A DNA stretch of 53,374 nt from a virus. Every line of letters starts with the position of its first letter. The first letter of the stretch is position 1. Of the stretch, positions 44,557 through 53,374 are shown piece by piece. Below the pieces are notes generated by a model, which was not told the DNA's origin, made no database searches, and saw only the letters and a program-made list of their open reading frames with translations. Both the position numbers and the translations under genes were made by a program. Where the stretch lies: the IMG/VR virus record IMGVR_UViG_3300025009_000019; one strand, given 5' to 3'.

Positions 44557-44951
44557 TTGTTTTGTGTTGTTTGTTTGTTAAATAAATCTAAATATTTTTT
44601 CAAATCTTTTGAGTTCAAATATATGAAATCAGTTTTTTTGTTCGTGTTGGCAATTTCGGTCTTTATGTCTTTTAAAGCATTAAGAATTTCTATATTAGTT
44701 GTCCTTTGTTCATCTTGCGACTGGTCAATTCTCTTGTTGGTATTTTCATTTTTTTCATTGCAAAATTTATTTATATTTTCGCAGTTCTCAAATAGCATTT
44801 TATCATTATTCAATAGCGTTTTATTTGTTTCAGGCTGGCTTATAATTGTTTTGCCATAATATATAAAACTTGTTAACATACCTAATAAAACTGCTGTAAA
44901 TACAGGCTGTAATATACCGCTGAAAAACTTAGAATTAAAGAATTTTGTCAT
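44553..44951 (-). CDS. N-terminally membrane-anchored protein (holin or spanin candidate)
   Basis: Hydrophobic segment GILQPVFTAVLLGMLTSFIYY. Confidence 0.4.
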   Translation of the reverse strand: MTKFFNSKFFSGILQPVFTAVLLGMLTSFIYYGKTIISQPETNKTLLNNDKMLFENCENINKFCNEKNENTNKRIDQSQDEQRTTNIEILNALKDIKTEIANTNKKTDFIYLNSKDLKKYLDLFNKQTTQNK

Positions 44952-45049
44952 AACTAGACATATATATTAATTAAATAAATAGTCGCAATAAATATAAAAA
45001 TAATTATGTAAACAAACAAAACATATTTTATTCCGAAATTTCGCATAAC

Positions 45050-46105
45050 TTATTCAAAATGATTTACTGTGATATCAATTGTAACCGAGTAGATTGTTAA
45101 ATCATTGCCGTTCGTTTTGTTTCTTGCTTGAATTACGTACTTGTCTAATGGCTGACAATCGACATCATACTCAATTATTTTCCAACTACTATAATTGTTA
45201 GCACCTCCACTTAATGCCATTCCATAAGTTATAAATCCTGTTCTAACATTAACAACTCTAAGCCATACATCATCGTTTGCACTAGAAGTGGTTGCATTCA
45301 TATTTACTTTAATATCCATGTGGCAATTTCTTGTGCCTTGATATTGCATTGTATCGTTTGTTAATCGTTCTACTTGATAACTTTCAATATCTGATAATCC
45401 TGTAAATGATTTCCAACCCCATTGTTCTAAAGCTAGTGTAAATCCAGAAGTATCACGTTTAGAGAAAAAAGCATGTGGGTTTTCGTTTAGCAAATAGCCA
45501 GTTGACTGCATCGTTCCTGTTACTGTAAAATCTCCTTTTATTCTCGTACTTGCATATATAGAGCCTGTATCGGCTGCAATATCGAAATTCATTAATACAC
45601 TTGCTAAAGTCGTTGAGTTGGCTATTTGGAAACGATTTGAAGATGTTCCACTCAACAAACCTAACCCGGTTTGTCCTGAATTATTTCCAATAAATATATT
45701 ATTGTCGCCTGTGGTCATTGTCCAGCCACCAGCGTAGCCGATATACACATTATTGTCGCCGTCCGTGTTGTTATTTCCGCACAAATACCCAAAAAACACA
45801 TTGTTAGCACCACGGCAACCACTACCAGCCATATAGCCAAATGCACTATTATACTGTTTGTTTGTGTTTGCACCAGCACCTAAAGCACCGTAACCGATTG
45901 CAGTATTCCGACCGCTAGCATGTTCTATTCTATTCTGACCTGCACCTATCCATGTAGATTTTAAAGTATTTTCAAAATAAATTTCGGGCGTTGTAATTTT
46001 TCCTGTTGCGGAAATTTCGGGAGCGTAGAATGTGCCTAAACCATTTATCTGTCCTACTGAAATTAAGCTAACTAAAGCTAATAAAATTGTTAATATTGTT
46101 TTCAT
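45050..46105 (-). CDS. Fibre-like protein with YadA-head-like Gly/Asn repeats and a signal peptide
   Basis: N-terminus MKTILTILLALVSLISVGQ, then repeats such as NTAIGYGALGAGANT, NSAFGYMAGSG, NNVFFGY, NNVYIGYAGG and NNIFIGNNSG. Confidence 0.5.
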   Translation of the reverse strand: MKTILTILLALVSLISVGQINGLGTFYAPEISATGKITTPEIYFENTLKSTWIGAGQNRIEHASGRNTAIGYGALGAGANTNKQYNSAFGYMAGSGCRGANNVFFGYLCGNNNTDGDNNVYIGYAGGWTMTTGDNNIFIGNNSGQTGLGLLSGTSSNRFQIANSTTLASVLMNFDIAADTGSIYASTRIKGDFTVTGTMQSTGYLLNENPHAFFSKRDTSGFTLALEQWGWKSFTGLSDIESYQVERLTNDTMQYQGTRNCHMDIKVNMNATTSSANDDVWLRVVNVRTGFITYGMALSGGANNYSSWKIIEYDVDCQPLDKYVIQARNKTNGNDLTIYSVTIDITVNHFE

Positions 46106-48354
46106 TCTGTTACTAAGATTTGATTATTAATTGTTACTATTTTACCGTTGCTAATTAAGGGGTATCGAATGTTTCTAGGATAAGCACCTAAATCCCAAAT
46201 GTTGCCTTGGTTTATGGTTGTTGGTGCAAGTGGTTGTCTATTTTCTAATAAGCCAATATTGTAAGGATATGGAAGTTTTAAACCACTACCTAAAGCGACT
46301 GAGCCGTTTTTTAAACGATATTCGTTTGTTAAACTTGGATTTGCATTGATTGAGTTCGCTAACCAACTTGAATCTTGACATTCTGCTAATGCTGTATAAT
46401 TCTGACCGCCGACCCAAAGAATCTCATTTGAGCCATAAACTAAAGCGTTTTCTATTGTGATGCCGTTGCGTTCCGTTCCATCTTGAATAACTAGATAATA
46501 CGCGATTGAAGTATTTACTAAATCCGTAAAGTAAAGATTGTTTCTAAATGTTAAATTTTTGCTCCATCGAATTGAATCTGCAATTTCTTCATTGTTGCCT
46601 TGCACGTAAAACCCAATCATGCTATTAGTAGAGTGGTTAATGTCGTTAACGACTGTATTATTATAAATATTGCAGTCGCTCATTCCTGCGAAGTGAAAAC
46701 CTCTTGTACAGTTAATCGCAAGGTTGTAAAACACTCCGCCTGATGTATAAGGTAAGTTATTTTTGCCGTTCTTTATAACGTAACCGTATTGACCGTCCTC
46801 GCTTATGTTATACTTAATAACAGCATTGTAGCCGTTATTGTAGAAAATATTATGATAAAAGCCTGTTGCCAATGGATTGTAATTGAATCCAGCAATAACA
46901 TGATTTCCGATAATTTCGCAACCATTCCACACATTCGTAGTAGTGTCCTCTGCTCCGACAAATAATCCGTTTCCAGTCATATAATTACTATAAGAGTAGT
47001 TATAATTCATTTTACAAGGCTGTACGTTGTAAACCCCTGAATAATGAGTAAAGTAAGCGTTTGAAAATGCCGTAGGAAAATTACAGATAAACGAATTAGA
47101 AATACACTCGAATCCAACATTATAAACACGAATAAAAGCGTTTCCTGTTGCGATATTGTTTATAAAATAACAATCGTAAATATATAGCGTGTAGCCTGTT
47201 GAAGTGTCTAATTTAGTGATATAGCTTTCAATCGCTGTATCATCGCTAATTAGAGTATCATGTCGCATTGAAAGGCTGTCGCCTGCATGAGTTAAAGCTA
47301 TTTGAAAAGCATCATTTTTAACTTTATATGTGTTTCCTTTGCTTATGCAAGAAGCCGAACCAATACGAAATATAGGTTGACCATTTAGATTTGTGCAAAG
47401 ATTATTAGTTAATACCAACGGCAATGTACATTTAGAATCGTAGTTGTTCATTAAATAACATGAGGTAATCGTTATACCGGGTAACCATCGCATTTTATTA
47501 GTTACACAATTGTTCATCGTCCAACCTGTTGACGTAGTTGTTCGATAATTCAAATATGAATTTAAGTTTAAATAATTGTTGCTTAAATATACTTCTTGGT
47601 CTGTTCCGTTGTCAAATATAAAATACGTTCTAGTTCCGTCATTTGCGTATGTCATTCCGCTAATTGAAGTACCAGAAGCATTGCTCAATAGAAAGGCATA
47701 AGCACTTGAACCGCCTTGTTCGTTTTGCCAATAACCAACTCCTTTTAAATGTACCGTTTTACCGACTGAAATAAAAGAAGTCTCGTTGTAAACTTGTTGA
47801 GAATAAATATAAATAGTGTCGCCAGCAGTCGCAGCCGTAACCGCTAATTGAACAGTTGCATAAGTCTTTCCTGCTCCGACTTCTAAAGCCGTTAAATCTT
47901 TGTCAGGAACTCCAAAATAAACACTTGCGTACTTGATATTTAATCCGGTTAACGCAGTGTCGTAAATCGCTATTTCAGTTATTTGTTTAGGTACATCTTC
48001 GCAACCGTTAACATCTAAAACAGCATTTGTAAACTTAAAATAAATTTGGTTTAAATAGTCAACATTGCCAAATACTGTGCAAGGGTGTACATTCCTATTA
48101 AAGAAAACAGTATCTACGGCTATTGAATTGTGATATTGCGTAAATGTAGCTTTTGTTTTTAACGGTATTCCTTGAATATATCCGTTAATCGACCAATCAA
48201 TATTGCTTAACTTTATGGTGTCTGTTCCAATAGCTATAAGAGTGTCAGTTCCAACAACTATAATATTATTAGTCGAAGCGTTCCAATACTTAGTAGTTGT
48301 CGGCATTTGAGCCAACAAAGCAAACGGAAATAATATTAAAAAAAATAGTTTCAT
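46102..48354 (-). CDS. Large beta-helix-like protein (depolymerase or tail-spike candidate) with a signal peptide; start moved to MKLFFLILFPFALLAQ
   Basis: The internal ATG shares one base with the upstream stop (TAATG). Asn/Gly/Thr-rich periodic sequence. Confidence 0.5.
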   Translation of the reverse strand: MKLFFLILFPFALLAQMPTTTKYWNASTNNIIVVGTDTLIAIGTDTIKLSNIDWSINGYIQGIPLKTKATFTQYHNSIAVDTVFFNRNVHPCTVFGNVDYLNQIYFKFTNAVLDVNGCEDVPKQITEIAIYDTALTGLNIKYASVYFGVPDKDLTALEVGAGKTYATVQLAVTAATAGDTIYIYSQQVYNETSFISVGKTVHLKGVGYWQNEQGGSSAYAFLLSNASGTSISGMTYANDGTRTYFIFDNGTDQEVYLSNNYLNLNSYLNYRTTTSTGWTMNNCVTNKMRWLPGITITSCYLMNNYDSKCTLPLVLTNNLCTNLNGQPIFRIGSASCISKGNTYKVKNDAFQIALTHAGDSLSMRHDTLISDDTAIESYITKLDTSTGYTLYIYDCYFINNIATGNAFIRVYNVGFECISNSFICNFPTAFSNAYFTHYSGVYNVQPCKMNYNYSYSNYMTGNGLFVGAEDTTTNVWNGCEIIGNHVIAGFNYNPLATGFYHNIFYNNGYNAVIKYNISEDGQYGYVIKNGKNNLPYTSGGVFYNLAINCTRGFHFAGMSDCNIYNNTVVNDINHSTNSMIGFYVQGNNEEIADSIRWSKNLTFRNNLYFTDLVNTSIAYYLVIQDGTERNGITIENALVYGSNEILWVGGQNYTALAECQDSSWLANSINANPSLTNEYRLKNGSVALGSGLKLPYPYNIGLLENRQPLAPTTINQGNIWDLGAYPRNIRYPLISNGKIVTINNQILVTE

Positions 48355-49100
48355 TAATTGTTGCTTCTTGAAACTTCTACAAACGTGTCTATTGCTACAC
48401 ATTTTAAATAAATATTGTCGTAAATTCCCATAGTAAAATTGACGTTTCCATTCAAATAAAAGTTGCCACCGTCATTTATTGTTACCGTAAAAGTATCTGA
48501 ACCTCCTCTTATCTCATAAATAGCATCTACAACCTCATTATCTAATGTTGTAACCGTTATACTTGATGTTCCAATATAAACGTATGAATTTCCTCCACTA
48601 ACATCAGGGGTTGTATCTCCATCTGCTATTGTATCGGTTGGACTTACAAACGTTCCGTCTAGTGCGATTATGCTTGACGAAATCGTTGATGTACCTGAAA
48701 TACCGCCTGCACTTATTATAACGCCATACGGACTTATACTCATACTTCCTATATCTCCATTTAGCTCTGTTTTTAATTTTATAAATGGCGTAGATATATC
48801 ACTTTCAATTGTTACAATTGCTGTATCTGGGGTATCTATTTTTCTCTGATACATAATGATTTCTTGCAAAGAATCTAATAATATTGGACTTACTATGTTT
48901 ATATTTTCTCTAAAAAATATTTCGCCCCAAATTGTATCGCCACTTGTCGAAACTTTGCCTGTATCTAAAGCATTTATACGATTACTTAACGAGGTTGTAT
49001 CATTTGCCGATTTATCTAACTCGATAATAACACCTTCATTTTGTGCAAATATATTTAGCGATAATACGATAAATATTAATAATAATGTGTTTTTTAACAT
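48354..49100 (-). CDS. Signal-peptide protein
   Basis: N-terminus MLKNTLLLIFIVLSLNIFAQ. Confidence 0.5.
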   Translation of the reverse strand: MLKNTLLLIFIVLSLNIFAQNEGVIIELDKSANDTTSLSNRINALDTGKVSTSGDTIWGEIFFRENINIVSPILLDSLQEIIMYQRKIDTPDTAIVTIESDISTPFIKLKTELNGDIGSMSISPYGVIISAGGISGTSTISSSIIALDGTFVSPTDTIADGDTTPDVSGGNSYVYIGTSSITVTTLDNEVVDAIYEIRGGSDTFTVTINDGGNFYLNGNVNFTMGIYDNIYLKCVAIDTFVEVSRSNN

Positions 49101-49786
49101 GATGTAATTTTTTTAATTGGTAATGTGAAATTTAATCCTGACCCGCTAAAATGCTGGTCTAATATTCTATCGGTAAAGCCTTTATCTTTTAAAAATGTAC
49201 CCCAATCGGCAAATAATGGATTGCTAATATTGCTAGGTCGGTAAACTCTACTATCGTTGTTTAAAACGTCAATAAACGAAAAAACAATCTCTTGAGTTTT
49301 GTCAATGACATTTCTATAATGATTTTCAGTCGTCCAATCTTGAACCTGAGAATATTTCATAAAATACATATCTAATTGGACATCGAAATCAATTGAACTA
49401 TTTACGTCATTGTCAATTTTTTGATTCAAAAGCTCGAATAAAAATATAAAAATACCCCTTGATTTTTCTTTTAATAAAAATTCATTATTAACAGCTAAAG
49501 GCGTGCCGTAATAATAAAATGGACTTGCTGCCTTCCAATAAGTTACAGTTGATAAATTAGTCGTACTTTCGACTGTAAATTTATTCGTTAAAACGTCAAT
49601 TGTTTTTATTTTAAAAAGTTGTGTTGCTGAAATTTGAGGAAAAATAAGCTCGTCATTAACTGCTAAACTTTTCAAATCAGCAGTTATAAACGTGTAGATA
49701 TTTACAGCTTTTACAACATTACTTATAGTTGACGTTTCTCTTAATTGGTCAACCAACAAGCCAACTAAATCAACTGTTTGTAACAT
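49094..49786 (-). CDS. Hypothetical virion protein
   Basis: 230-aa ORF. Confidence 0.45.
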   Translation of the reverse strand: MLQTVDLVGLLVDQLRETSTISNVVKAVNIYTFITADLKSLAVNDELIFPQISATQLFKIKTIDVLTNKFTVESTTNLSTVTYWKAASPFYYYGTPLAVNNEFLLKEKSRGIFIFLFELLNQKIDNDVNSSIDFDVQLDMYFMKYSQVQDWTTENHYRNVIDKTQEIVFSFIDVLNNDSRVYRPSNISNPLFADWGTFLKDKGFTDRILDQHFSGSGLNFTLPIKKITSC

Positions 49787-49787
49787 T

Positions 49788-50174
49788 TTATTTACGTGTT
49801 TTTCGTTCTATAATAGTCTTTATTGTTCCCGACGTCATTGCTCCTTTTGTTATTCTAAATCCGACATAAGTAAAAGGAATATACACATCGGAAACAGCAT
49901 AAATAGTATCGGTTGCAATCGTCCATGTCATTGACGTTTTTACTAATTTTACGGTATCGGAATAACTGTTTAAAAATTCGTAAGTTCCACCACTGCCAGC
50001 TAATCCATCAATTACAACCGCAAAACCTAAAGACGTATTATAATAACATATATCTCTAGTAAAAAAAATTGTCGTGTCGGTTGTTAAATCGGCAATATTT
50101 ACCGTTTTTGTAACTTGACTATTTGCTGTCAAAAATGAGCAAAATATCGCTAAAATTAAAATAATTTTTTTCAT
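49788..50174 (-). CDS. Signal-peptide protein
   Basis: N-terminus MKKIILILAIFCSFLTANSQ. Confidence 0.5.
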   Translation of the reverse strand: MKKIILILAIFCSFLTANSQVTKTVNIADLTTDTTIFFTRDICYYNTSLGFAVVIDGLAGSGGTYEFLNSYSDTVKLVKTSMTWTIATDTIYAVSDVYIPFTYVGFRITKGAMTSGTIKTIIERKTRK

Positions 50175-50848
50175 ATTCCTAAATGATTAATTTTTTCTTT
50201 AATTGTAAAATTCCAATTTGGATAAGTAGTTGCATCAATTTCATTCATTGCATAAATGAAGTTGTATGCTGTTGGTTTCAATAATTCTGTATAATAGTCA
50301 GTTATAACATTTCTATCATGCAATAAATAATTTTGATACCTTTTTGAACGTAAAATTGCATTTTTACCTATTAATCTTTCAATATCATAACCGTATAAGT
50401 CCAAACCGCTATTCCACGCTTTTCGTGATTTCGTGTTTAAATCCGAAATTGTTGCACGCTCTGAATTTTGACCGTTTTGCTTATTCGCTCCCGATGTTGA
50501 AGTATGTAAAAAGTCATTTTCTAAATACTCGCAATAAACAAAAAAGGCTAATAAAGATTTCTTTTCTGCATTAATTAAACCGCCCCATTTTACTATTACT
50601 GTCCGACCTTCGCCATCAACAACCGTGTATTCTTTTCCGTCTCGCAAATCTAACCATTTTTGTAATGGTGTTGTTTCTGCTAATCCTAAAATAAACGATT
50701 TATAAAGGTCGTAGCCTAATAAATCGACTAAGATTTTTTCCTCCGTTTGTTCAATCAACAAATCGAAATCATCGTTTAAATCTCCTTCGGTTATAGCCGT
50801 TGGTAACTTTATAGAGCCTTTATAATATGTACTATCGGTGAACGACAT
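50171..50848 (-). CDS. Hypothetical head-completion or connector candidate
   Basis: 225-aa ORF downstream of the capsid module. Confidence 0.35.
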   Translation of the reverse strand: MSFTDSTYYKGSIKLPTAITEGDLNDDFDLLIEQTEEKILVDLLGYDLYKSFILGLAETTPLQKWLDLRDGKEYTVVDGEGRTVIVKWGGLINAEKKSLLAFFVYCEYLENDFLHTSTSGANKQNGQNSERATISDLNTKSRKAWNSGLDLYGYDIERLIGKNAILRSKRYQNYLLHDRNVITDYYTELLKPTAYNFIYAMNEIDATTYPNWNFTIKEKINHLGI

Positions 50849-51192
50849 TATTTTTTTGCTGGTCTGCCTTTTGCTTTCGGTTTAATTTCTATTTTATCTT
50901 CTTTGGGTTCAATTTCGTCTTTTTCTTCAACAACTTCAACTTTTTCAATTGTTTCAGTTTCTTCAATAACTTTCGGCTCTTCAACTAAATTTTCAACTGT
51001 TTTTGAGTTTTTTAATTCCAACAATTCAGTTTTTAATTGTTCAATTTCGCTGTTTAACAAACCAATTAACTCATTGTCAACTTCATTTTCTGATATTTCT
51101 TCAATTTCAAAAGCTGAAATTCCTTTTGTATTTTTTGCTTGTTTGAAAAAGGTCAAAACCTTTCGTTCGTTTCCTTCAATTATAATTTTCAT
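50848..51192 (-). CDS. Acidic Glu-rich protein with a basic C-terminal tip
   Basis: 114 aa ending PKAKGRPAKK. Confidence 0.4.
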   Translation of the reverse strand: MKIIIEGNERKVLTFFKQAKNTKGISAFEIEEISENEVDNELIGLLNSEIEQLKTELLELKNSKTVENLVEEPKVIEETETIEKVEVVEEKDEIEPKEDKIEIKPKAKGRPAKK

Positions 51193-51194
51193 AA

Positions 51195-51635
51195 CTAATA
51201 TTTATTAATATACCAATTTTTAATAAAATACGTAACTTTTGCAGTTTGGACACTATCCACAGCCGTTGTTTTAACTCGCAAATGATTACCCATAAATTGA
51301 TTAATATTCGACATTATAAAGGTCGTGTCATTTCCTGCAACATTTGTAACTGAAAATACAGTAGAATCGTTCTCATACAATGGCAACCAATCGTAACCAC
51401 CTACGGAATATTCTAAAGTTGTTGTTGTTTTTGGAAATCCTGCGATACTATCGACTTTAACTAATACGCTGAAATTATAAGGCTTGTCGCCAAACATATT
51501 AAAGTCATACGTTTTAATTCCGTCTTTATTAATCGTGTCAGAGGATTGACCAAGTACTTTTTTGCCTTCATAAATTTGAGCTGATAAACTCAAGGTAAAG
51601 GCGAATAAAACTAAAATAATTGCTAATTTTTTCAT
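51195..51635 (-). CDS. Signal-peptide protein
   Basis: N-terminus MKKLAIILVLFAFTLSLSAQ. Confidence 0.5.
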   Translation of the reverse strand: MKKLAIILVLFAFTLSLSAQIYEGKKVLGQSSDTINKDGIKTYDFNMFGDKPYNFSVLVKVDSIAGFPKTTTTLEYSVGGYDWLPLYENDSTVFSVTNVAGNDTTFIMSNINQFMGNHLRVKTTAVDSVQTAKVTYFIKNWYINKY

Positions 51636-51671
51636 TTGATATGTGTTTTTAAAATTTAACGTCTTATACTA

Positions 51672-51700
51672 CGAAAACCCCGCTATTTTCATGGCAGGGC
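51672..51700 (-). terminator. Rho-independent terminator after the capsid gene
   Basis: Minus sense CCCUGC-CAUGAAAAUA-GCGGGG followed by UUUUCG. Confidence 0.5.
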
Positions 51701-51718
51701 ATTCGATTTATATTGTAA

Positions 51719-53218
51719 CTATGGTTTAGTTAATTCAGTAATTGCACTTGCAAAACTTCCATAAATAAACATATACTTGTTGTATATTGGCAATATAACC
51801 TCTTCGGAAATTATTGCAGCAACCTCATTGTTTAGTTTATAAGAAACATCGTCTGCAAATTCTAAAGTCATTGCGGTAAATTCTAAAAGCTCAATAGCTT
51901 TTTGAAAGTCTCCAACCAAGAAATAACCTGCTGGCATAGCGTTGGTTTCAACAATTGGAACATTCGCAATATAGGTAATACCGTTTCTAACTTCAATCAT
52001 CGAACCTTTGATATAATTATCATCAGTTGCTTTTAAAGTACGAATTATTGCCATTTGCATCGGGTTCAAAACTACTCCGCTTGCAAAATACTCGCCTCTT
52101 GATAATATTGCAATTGCAGCAATAATTACATCAATTTCTTGAGGATTGTCAATTTTAAAATACAAAGCATTTTTAGCCGTTGCCGTCCAGTTCGCAATAC
52201 CAGCATCAGCAGTGTATGCTTGATTTAACAATACTTGCGTTGAATTAACTACGTTTACGATATGGTCGCCATCATAAGTTGCACCAGTCGAACTTGCAAC
52301 TGATAAAATATCGCCATTTTTTAAGCCATGAACAGCAGCAAAAGTTGCTAATGTATTAGCTGTTCCGTCATATCCTGCGATAGAACTGAAAGCTCCACCA
52401 GCATAAGTTGCGTAAGTCAAATCAAAAGCAGTTGCATTTTTACAAATACCGCTTAAGTTGTTTCCTGCTCCATCTCCAAATAAAATTTGAAAATCTTCAA
52501 CGAATTTCAAAGCATCTGGCAATTTACTTGACAAATGATAAACTAACCAAGAAACAGATTTTAACATACGTTTAGAAATTTTAATGTATGTTCCTAATCG
52601 TTTTGTTCCAATTGAGTTTTCACGAACTTTAAAAGCACTTTCATTAAGTGTTCCATTTTCGGCTTCCATTGCAACATTTTTATCCCAGTCGTAAACTTCA
52701 GGGAATGTATGGTTTGGATTGTCGGTTGGCATAACTGGCATAATGTCACGGATATTCAAACGTCTGTTTGCTGGTTCGTCAAGAACTCTTTGCGATGTGC
52801 TTGAAATCATAATTACGTTTCCAGTATAATCAGCGGTTAAATCAACTGTTTTTAGTTCAATTTCGCCTGATTTGCCTGTAAACCCTCGTTTAGTGTACTC
52901 TTTAAATCTTTCGCTTGTTAAAGCTTCTTTTACTAACTGTTTGAAAGTCTTTTTTGAGTTTTCAACTTTGCCTGCATTTTCTTTCATTGCTGTCAATTCA
53001 GCACCTTGAGTTTTTGCGGTTTCTTTCATTTCTGAAAGTTCTTTTTTAAGTGCTTCAATTTCTTCTTTGTTTGCACTTTTTACTTCCTCTGGTGTAGCTT
53101 TTTTTGCTAATTCTAATTCCATATTTTCCAAATGAGCTTTCATAGCATTGTGATATGTTGCTCTTTGATTATCGTCCATTGCCGATAATTCTTCTGCTGT
53201 TTTAAATGTAAATTTCAT
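51719..53218 (-). CDS. Major capsid protein, HK97-fold candidate with an N-terminal coiled-coil (delta/scaffold-like) domain
   Basis: 499-aa ORF starting 12 nt downstream of the protease stop. The first ~100 aa are a charged helical region. Confidence 0.6.
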   Translation of the reverse strand: MKFTFKTAEELSAMDDNQRATYHNAMKAHLENMELELAKKATPEEVKSANKEEIEALKKELSEMKETAKTQGAELTAMKENAGKVENSKKTFKQLVKEALTSERFKEYTKRGFTGKSGEIELKTVDLTADYTGNVIMISSTSQRVLDEPANRRLNIRDIMPVMPTDNPNHTFPEVYDWDKNVAMEAENGTLNESAFKVRENSIGTKRLGTYIKISKRMLKSVSWLVYHLSSKLPDALKFVEDFQILFGDGAGNNLSGICKNATAFDLTYATYAGGAFSSIAGYDGTANTLATFAAVHGLKNGDILSVASSTGATYDGDHIVNVVNSTQVLLNQAYTADAGIANWTATAKNALYFKIDNPQEIDVIIAAIAILSRGEYFASGVVLNPMQMAIIRTLKATDDNYIKGSMIEVRNGITYIANVPIVETNAMPAGYFLVGDFQKAIELLEFTAMTLEFADDVSYKLNNEVAAIISEEVILPIYNKYMFIYGSFASAITELTKP

Positions 53219-53230
53219 TTTTGATAAATT

Positions 53231-53374
53231 TTAGAGATTAAATAATACTTTTTTGTTTGATTTTGATTGTCGAGTGTCTTTTGACGGCTCGTTATTTTGT
53301 TGAGTGTTCTTCAACGGCTCAATTTTTCCTATGCTAATTGTCGGGGTTGCAAAATTACTACCAAGTGGAACAGC
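53231..53374 (-). CDS. 3' end of the prohead protease gene (same gene as 1..805)
   Basis: The frame carried across the junction reads ...SKSNKKVLFNL-stop, with the stop codon at 53231-53233. Confidence 0.6.
   Translation of the reverse strand, partial: AVPLGSNFATPTISIGKIEPLKNTQQNNEPSKDTRQSKSNKKVLFNL
53248..53374. repeat. Second copy of the terminal 127-bp sequence
   Basis: Identical to 1..127. Confidence 0.9.

Noticed and set aside
46102-48402. N-terminal extensions in the ORF track (MCSNRHVCRSFKKQQL at 48402, MSLIVKAKRPYQ... at 24236, MLIWWRRLLFWRSK at 29026, MSILLFAFRCRIFAF at 11919)
   Set aside because: Each extension overlaps the upstream gene. Each is followed by an internal ATG that is start/stop-coupled to the upstream gene and gives a sensible N-terminus. 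The starts were moved accordingly.
1-53374. Search for an integrase or recombinase, either a lysogeny module or an integron integrase to go with the attC-like sites
   Set aside because: No ORF shows tyrosine-recombinase (R..HxxR..Y) or serine-recombinase hallmarks that I can recognise, so neither is called. The small HTH at 26925-27071 is Xis-like only in size and motif.

Overview
The window is a complete, circularly closed tailed-phage genome of about 53.25 kb. Bases 1-127 are identical to 53248-53374, and a protease gene reads straight across that junction. It looks AT-rich by eye. It carries Bacteroidetes-style promoters (TTTG-N20-TAnnTTTG) and signal peptides ending A/S/G followed by Q, so the host is probably a Flavobacteriia-like bacterium. 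Almost every gene is on the minus strand. In transcription order (descending coordinates) the modules are: (1) TerS and TerL at 16458-14859; (2) tail genes at 14720-2356, including a tape-measure protein; (3) portal, prohead protease and HK97-like capsid at 2232-1 and 53374-51719; (4) a block of signal-peptide proteins, beta-helix and fibre-like proteins at 51635-45050; (5) lysis genes at 44951-43334; (6) an accessory island at 43209-33609; (7) recombination and replication genes at 33523-21929 (DUF1351-like protein, YqaJ-like exonuclease, NinB-like protein, VRR-NUC, HNH, replication organiser, primase-helicase, SSB-like protein); (8) an SNF2 / ParB-like / GNAT / PAPS-reductase-like module at 20717-17484. 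The only plus-strand genes are an inverted three-gene R-M island at 34165-38092: a C-protein, a fused double C5-methyltransferase and a PD-ExK nuclease. The most unusual content is in the accessory island. rtcB, an RlmN/Cfr-like radical-SAM gene lacking both methyl-transfer cysteines, several small ORFs and the whole R-M island are each bracketed by 8-12 bp inverted boxes (TGCnnnTAAC / GTTAnnnGCA). They are separated by 90-140 nt GC-enriched elements with 17-20 bp closing stems. These stems pair fully only in the minus sense, through G-U wobbles. Two of the elements, which flank rtcB, are homologous and show stem covariation. A second, smaller locus at 22545-23460 carries the same element families. 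No integrase, tRNA or CRISPR array was recognised. All functional calls rest on motifs I read in the translations; no searches were run.
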